From Burkholderiales bacterium (GTDB lineage Bacteria > Pseudomonadota > Gammaproteobacteria > Burkholderiales > SG8-41), in NCBI GenBank assembly GCA_030833315.1, contig JAURHM010000003.1:38081-102080 (forward strand): a stretch of DNA of 64,000 nucleotides, read 5' to 3'. The position numbers and the translations under genes were made by a program. Each line of letters begins with the position of its first letter. Position 1 is the stretch's first letter. The notes under the pieces were generated by a model. The model was not told the origin of the DNA, ran no database searches, and saw only the letters and a program-made list of their open reading frames with translations. This document shows, piece after piece, positions 61,068 to 64,000 of this stretch.

Positions 61068-64000
61068 TCAAGCCACCTGCTCTTCTCCCTCTTCGCCGGC
61101 CGGAACTGCGGACTCCGCCTCGGCTGCCGCCTGATCCAGTTCTGCCTGGGCGACCTGCTTGCGGCGCACCCGGTGATAGGCCAGACCGGTGCCAGCCGGG
61201 ATCAGCCGGCCGACAATGACGTTCTCTTTCAGGCCGCGCAGTTCGTCGCGTTTGCCCATGATTGCCGCCTCGGTCAGCACGCGGGTGGTTTCCTGGAACG
61301 AAGCCGCCGAGATGAACGAATCAGTCGACAACGAAGCCTTGGTAATACCCAGCAGCACGTGTTCGTACTGTGCCGGCTGCTTGCCTTCGGCCTCGATGCG
61401 CTCGTTTTCTTCGAGCACTTCGGCGCGCTCCAGCTGCTCGCCGGTGATGAAACGTGTATCGGCAGCATCAACAATATGCACGCGACGCAGCATCTGACGA
61501 ACAATGACCTCGATATGCTTGTCGTTGATCTTCACGCCCTGCAGACGGTAAACGTCCTGCACTTCGTTACAGATATAACGGGCCAGCGCCTCGACACCGA
61601 GCAGGCGCAGGATGTCATGCGGATCAGCCGGGCCGTCGACAATGCTCTCGCCGCGGTTGACCACCTGGCCGTCATGCGCCATCACGTGTTTGTCTTTGGC
61701 GATCAGGAACTCGTGGGCAACGCCCTCGAGGTCGGTAATCACCAGACGCTGCTTGCCTTTGGTGTCCTTGCCGAACGACACCGTGCCGGTAACCTCGGCC
61801 AGCATGCCCGCATCTTTCGGCGAACGCGCCTCGAACAGCTCGGCCACACGCGGCAGACCGCCGGTGATGTCGCGCGTCTTGGAGGTTTCCTGCGGGATCC
61901 GCGCCAGCACCTCGCCGACGCCGACTTCCTGGCCGTCACGCACGGTGATGATGCAACCGATCTGGAAGGTGATGTTCACCGACTGATCGGAACCGGCGAT
62001 CTTGATTTCCTGGCTGTTGGCATCGAGCAGTTTGACCTGCGGACGCAGACCTTTGGCCTGCGCACTGCCGCGGCGCTTCGGATCGACCACCACAAGCGTC
62101 GACAGGCCGGTGACCTCGTCGATCTGCTTGGCAACGGTAACGCCCTCTTCGACGTTTTCGAATTTGATGCGGCCGGCGTACTCGGTAATGATCGGACGGG
62201 TATGCGGGTCCCATGTCGCAAGGATATGTCCCGGCTTCACGGTCTCGCCGTCACGCGCCAGCAGCAGCGCGCCGTACGGCACCTTGTGACGCTCACGCTC
62301 GCGGTTGGCTTCATCGTGGATCATGACTTCGCCGTTACGCGAAATCGCCACCAGCTCGCCGCGCGTGTTCGACACATAACGCATGCCGGCTGAATAACGC
62401 ACGACACCGGCCGCCTTGCTGTCGACCTGACTGACCACCGCGGTACGCGATGCAGCGCCACCGATGTGGAAGGTACGCATCGTCAGCTGAGTGCCCGGCT
62501 CGCCGATCGACTGTGCAGCGATCACGCCGACTGCCTCGCCGATGTTGACCACGGCGCCACGGCCCAGATCGCGGCCATAACAACGTGTGCACAGACCGTA
62601 GCGCGTCGCGCAGGTCAGCGGGGTGCGAACCTTGATTTCGTCAATGCCGGCGGCCTCAATGGCATCCACCACATCTTCGTCGAGCAGCGTATTGGCTTCG
62701 AACAGCGTCGCACCGTTTTCCGGGTTGACGACATCCGCAGCGGCCACTCGGCCGAGAATGCGCTCGCGCAGGCTCTCAACCACTTCACCGCCTTCGACCA
62801 GCGCTTTCATCACGACGCCGTTGTCAGTGCCGCAATCATCTTCCGTGACCACCAGGTCCTGGGTCACGTCGACCAGGCGGCGGGTCAGGTAACCCGAATT
62901 TGCAGTCTTCAACGCCGTATCGGCCAGACCCTTACGGGCGCCGTGGGTCGAAATGAAGTACTGCAGAACGTTCAGGCCTTCGCGGAAGTTCGCGGTAATT
63001 GGCGTCTCGATGATCGAGCCGTCCGGCTTGGCCATCAGGCCGCGCATTCCGGCCAGCTGGCGGATCTGCGCCGCGGAACCGCGGGCACCGGAGTCGGCCA
63101 TCATGTAAATCGAGTTGAAGGATTCCTGCATTACGGGAGCGCCCTTCTTGTCGAGGCGCGGCTTCCACTCGCGGGTCTTGGCAACCCACTCCACCACCGG
63201 CTCGACGCCGAGCTGCTCCATCATGGCCTTCGCGACGAGGTCTCCCGCACGACCCCAGATATCGACCACCTTGTTGTAACGCTCGCCCTGGGTCACCAGA
63301 CCCGAGGTGTACTGCTTTTCGATTTCCTGAACTTCTTTTTCGGCCTCGCCGATGATGACGTCTTTCTGCTTCGGCACCAGCATGTCGTCGACTGCAATCG
63401 ACAGACCGGCACGCGTTGCCATCGCAAAACCGCCGTACATCAGGCGATCCGCAAAAATGACCGTTTCACGCAGTCCGCAGCGGCGGAAGCTGGCGTTGAT
63501 GATCTTCGAGATTTCTTTCTTTTTCAGCGCCTTGTTGATGAACTCGAAGGGCAGGCCCACCGGCAGGATTTCCGACAGCAGGGCGCGGCCGACCGTGGTC
63601 TGGTAGCGCGTCAGTTTTTCACGCTTGTTGCCGTTCTCGTCGAGTTCAAGTTCGCGGATCCGCACATGAATGCGGGCGCTGATTTCGACCTGGCCGGTTT
63701 CGTAGGCGCGCGACACTTCGGCGACGTTGATGAACAGCGAATCTTCGCCCTTGGCACCCTGTTTTTCGCGGGTGGTGTAGTAAAGGCCGAGGACGATATC
63801 CTGCGACGGCACAATGATCGGGTCGCCGTTGGCGGGCGACAGCACATTGTTCGACGACAGCATCAGCGTGCGCGCTTCCATCTGCGCTTCCAGCGACAGC
63901 GGAACGTGAACAGCCATCTGGTCACCGTCAAAGTCGGCGTTGAAGGCGGCGCAGACCAGCGGATGCAGCTGGATGGCCTTGCCTTCGATCAGCACCGGCT
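61068..64000 (-). CDS. rpoC: DNA-directed RNA polymerase subunit beta', C-terminal about 975 aa (5' end outside window)
   Basis: Contains the [12 protein letters not shown] catalytic motif at the window edge and the conserved trigger-loop/jaw regions. The ORF is open to the window end. Confidence 0.97.
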   Translation of the reverse strand, partial: PVLIEGKAIQLHPLVCAAFNADFDGDQMAVHVPLSLEAQMEARTLMLSSNNVLSPANGDPIIVPSQDIVLGLYYTTREKQGAKGEDSLFINVAEVSRAYETGQVEISARIHVRIRELELDENGNKREKLTRYQTTVGRALLSEILPVGLPFEFINKALKKKEISKIINASFRRCGLRETVIFADRLMYGGFAMATRAGLSIAVDDMLVPKQKDVIIGEAEKEVQEIEKQYTSGLVTQGERYNKVVDIWGRAGDLVAKAMMEQLGVEPVVEWVAKTREWKPRLDKKGAPVMQESFNSIYMMADSGARGSAAQIRQLAGMRGLMAKPDGSIIETPITANFREGLNVLQYFISTHGARKGLADTALKTANSGYLTRRLVDVTQDLVVTEDDCGTDNGVVMKALVEGGEVVESLRERILGRVAAADVVNPENGATLFEANTLLDEDVVDAIEAAGIDEIKVRTPLTCATRYGLCTRCYGRDLGRGAVVNIGEAVGVIAAQSIGEPGTQLTMRTFHIGGAASRTAVVSQVDSKAAGVVRYSAGMRYVSNTRGELVAISRNGEVMIHDEANRERERHKVPYGALLLARDGETVKPGHILATWDPHTRPIITEYAGRIKFENVEEGVTVAKQIDEVTGLSTLVVVDPKRRGSAQAKGLRPQVKLLDANSQEIKIAGSDQSVNITFQIGCIITVRDGQEVGVGEVLARIPQETSKTRDITGGLPRVAELFEARSPKDAGMLAEVTGTVSFGKDTKGKQRLVITDLEGVAHEFLIAKDKHVMAHDGQVVNRGESIVDGPADPHDILRLLGVEALARYICNEVQDVYRLQGVKINDKHIEVIVRQMLRRVHIVDAADTRFITGEQLERAEVLEENERIEAEGKQPAQYEHVLLGITKASLSTDSFISAASFQETTRVLTEAAIMGKRDELRGLKENVIVGRLIPAGTGLAYHRVRRKQVAQAELDQAAAEAESAVPAGEEGEEQVA

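Noticed and set aside
1-64000. CRISPR arrays, IS elements, integrases, phage genes, or a duplicated tRNA-Sec 3' end marking island borders.
   Set aside because: I found none by eye. There are no spaced identical repeats, no transposase or integrase-like translations in the ORF track, and no visible copy of GGTTCGACTCCCACTCTCTTCC downstream of selC. A computational repeat scan is still needed.

Overview
High-GC chromosomal window with betaproteobacterial-type gene order (secY-infA-rpmJ-rpsM, tuf-rpsJ, several Bug/TctC receptors). I see no transposase, integrase, CRISPR array or rRNA.

**Layout**
- 1-4.6 kb: selenocysteine-decoding locus. selA (5' end outside the window) and selB are followed by a thioredoxin-reductase-like flavoprotein, yaeQ and a clear tRNA-Sec (selC).
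- 4.7-16.8 kb: accessory-looking organic-acid block. It holds four MmgE/PrpD-family paralogues (three in tandem behind a TcuA-like flavoprotein), two orphan Bug/TctC binding proteins, a LysR regulator, an amidohydrolase_2 enzyme and an SDR. A strong terminator closes it.
- 16.9-42.4 kb: mixed housekeeping and envelope genes.
  - Envelope and transport: fused membrane/spermidine-synthase-like protein, DegP-type protease, MFS, EgtD-like methyltransferase, PbpG-type endopeptidase, OmpR/HK pair, Atm1-type ABC exporter, glycine-zipper protein.
  - Housekeeping: EEP phosphoesterase, nadA, nudB, a secreted RNase plus barstar pair, aspS, DUF502, FmdB, ackA, ssb, MFS, uvrA, MOFRL glycerate kinase.
- 42.5-64 kb: the conserved rpoC / str / S10 / spc / alpha ribosomal super-operon on the minus strand (rpoC 5' end outside the window).

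**Most noteworthy**
- The TcuA-like + 3x PrpD + Bug operon lacks TcuB and TctAB.
- The whole organic-acid block sits directly next to selC.
- An ATGA-coupled RNase-barstar-nudB unit is inserted between aspS and nudB.
- Ribosomal protein L5 carries a 46-aa Lys/Ala-rich N-terminal extension.
- An orphan minus-strand terminator in the pbpG/response-regulator intergenic region may mark a small RNA.

All functional calls rest on motif-level reading of the translations. No database search was run.
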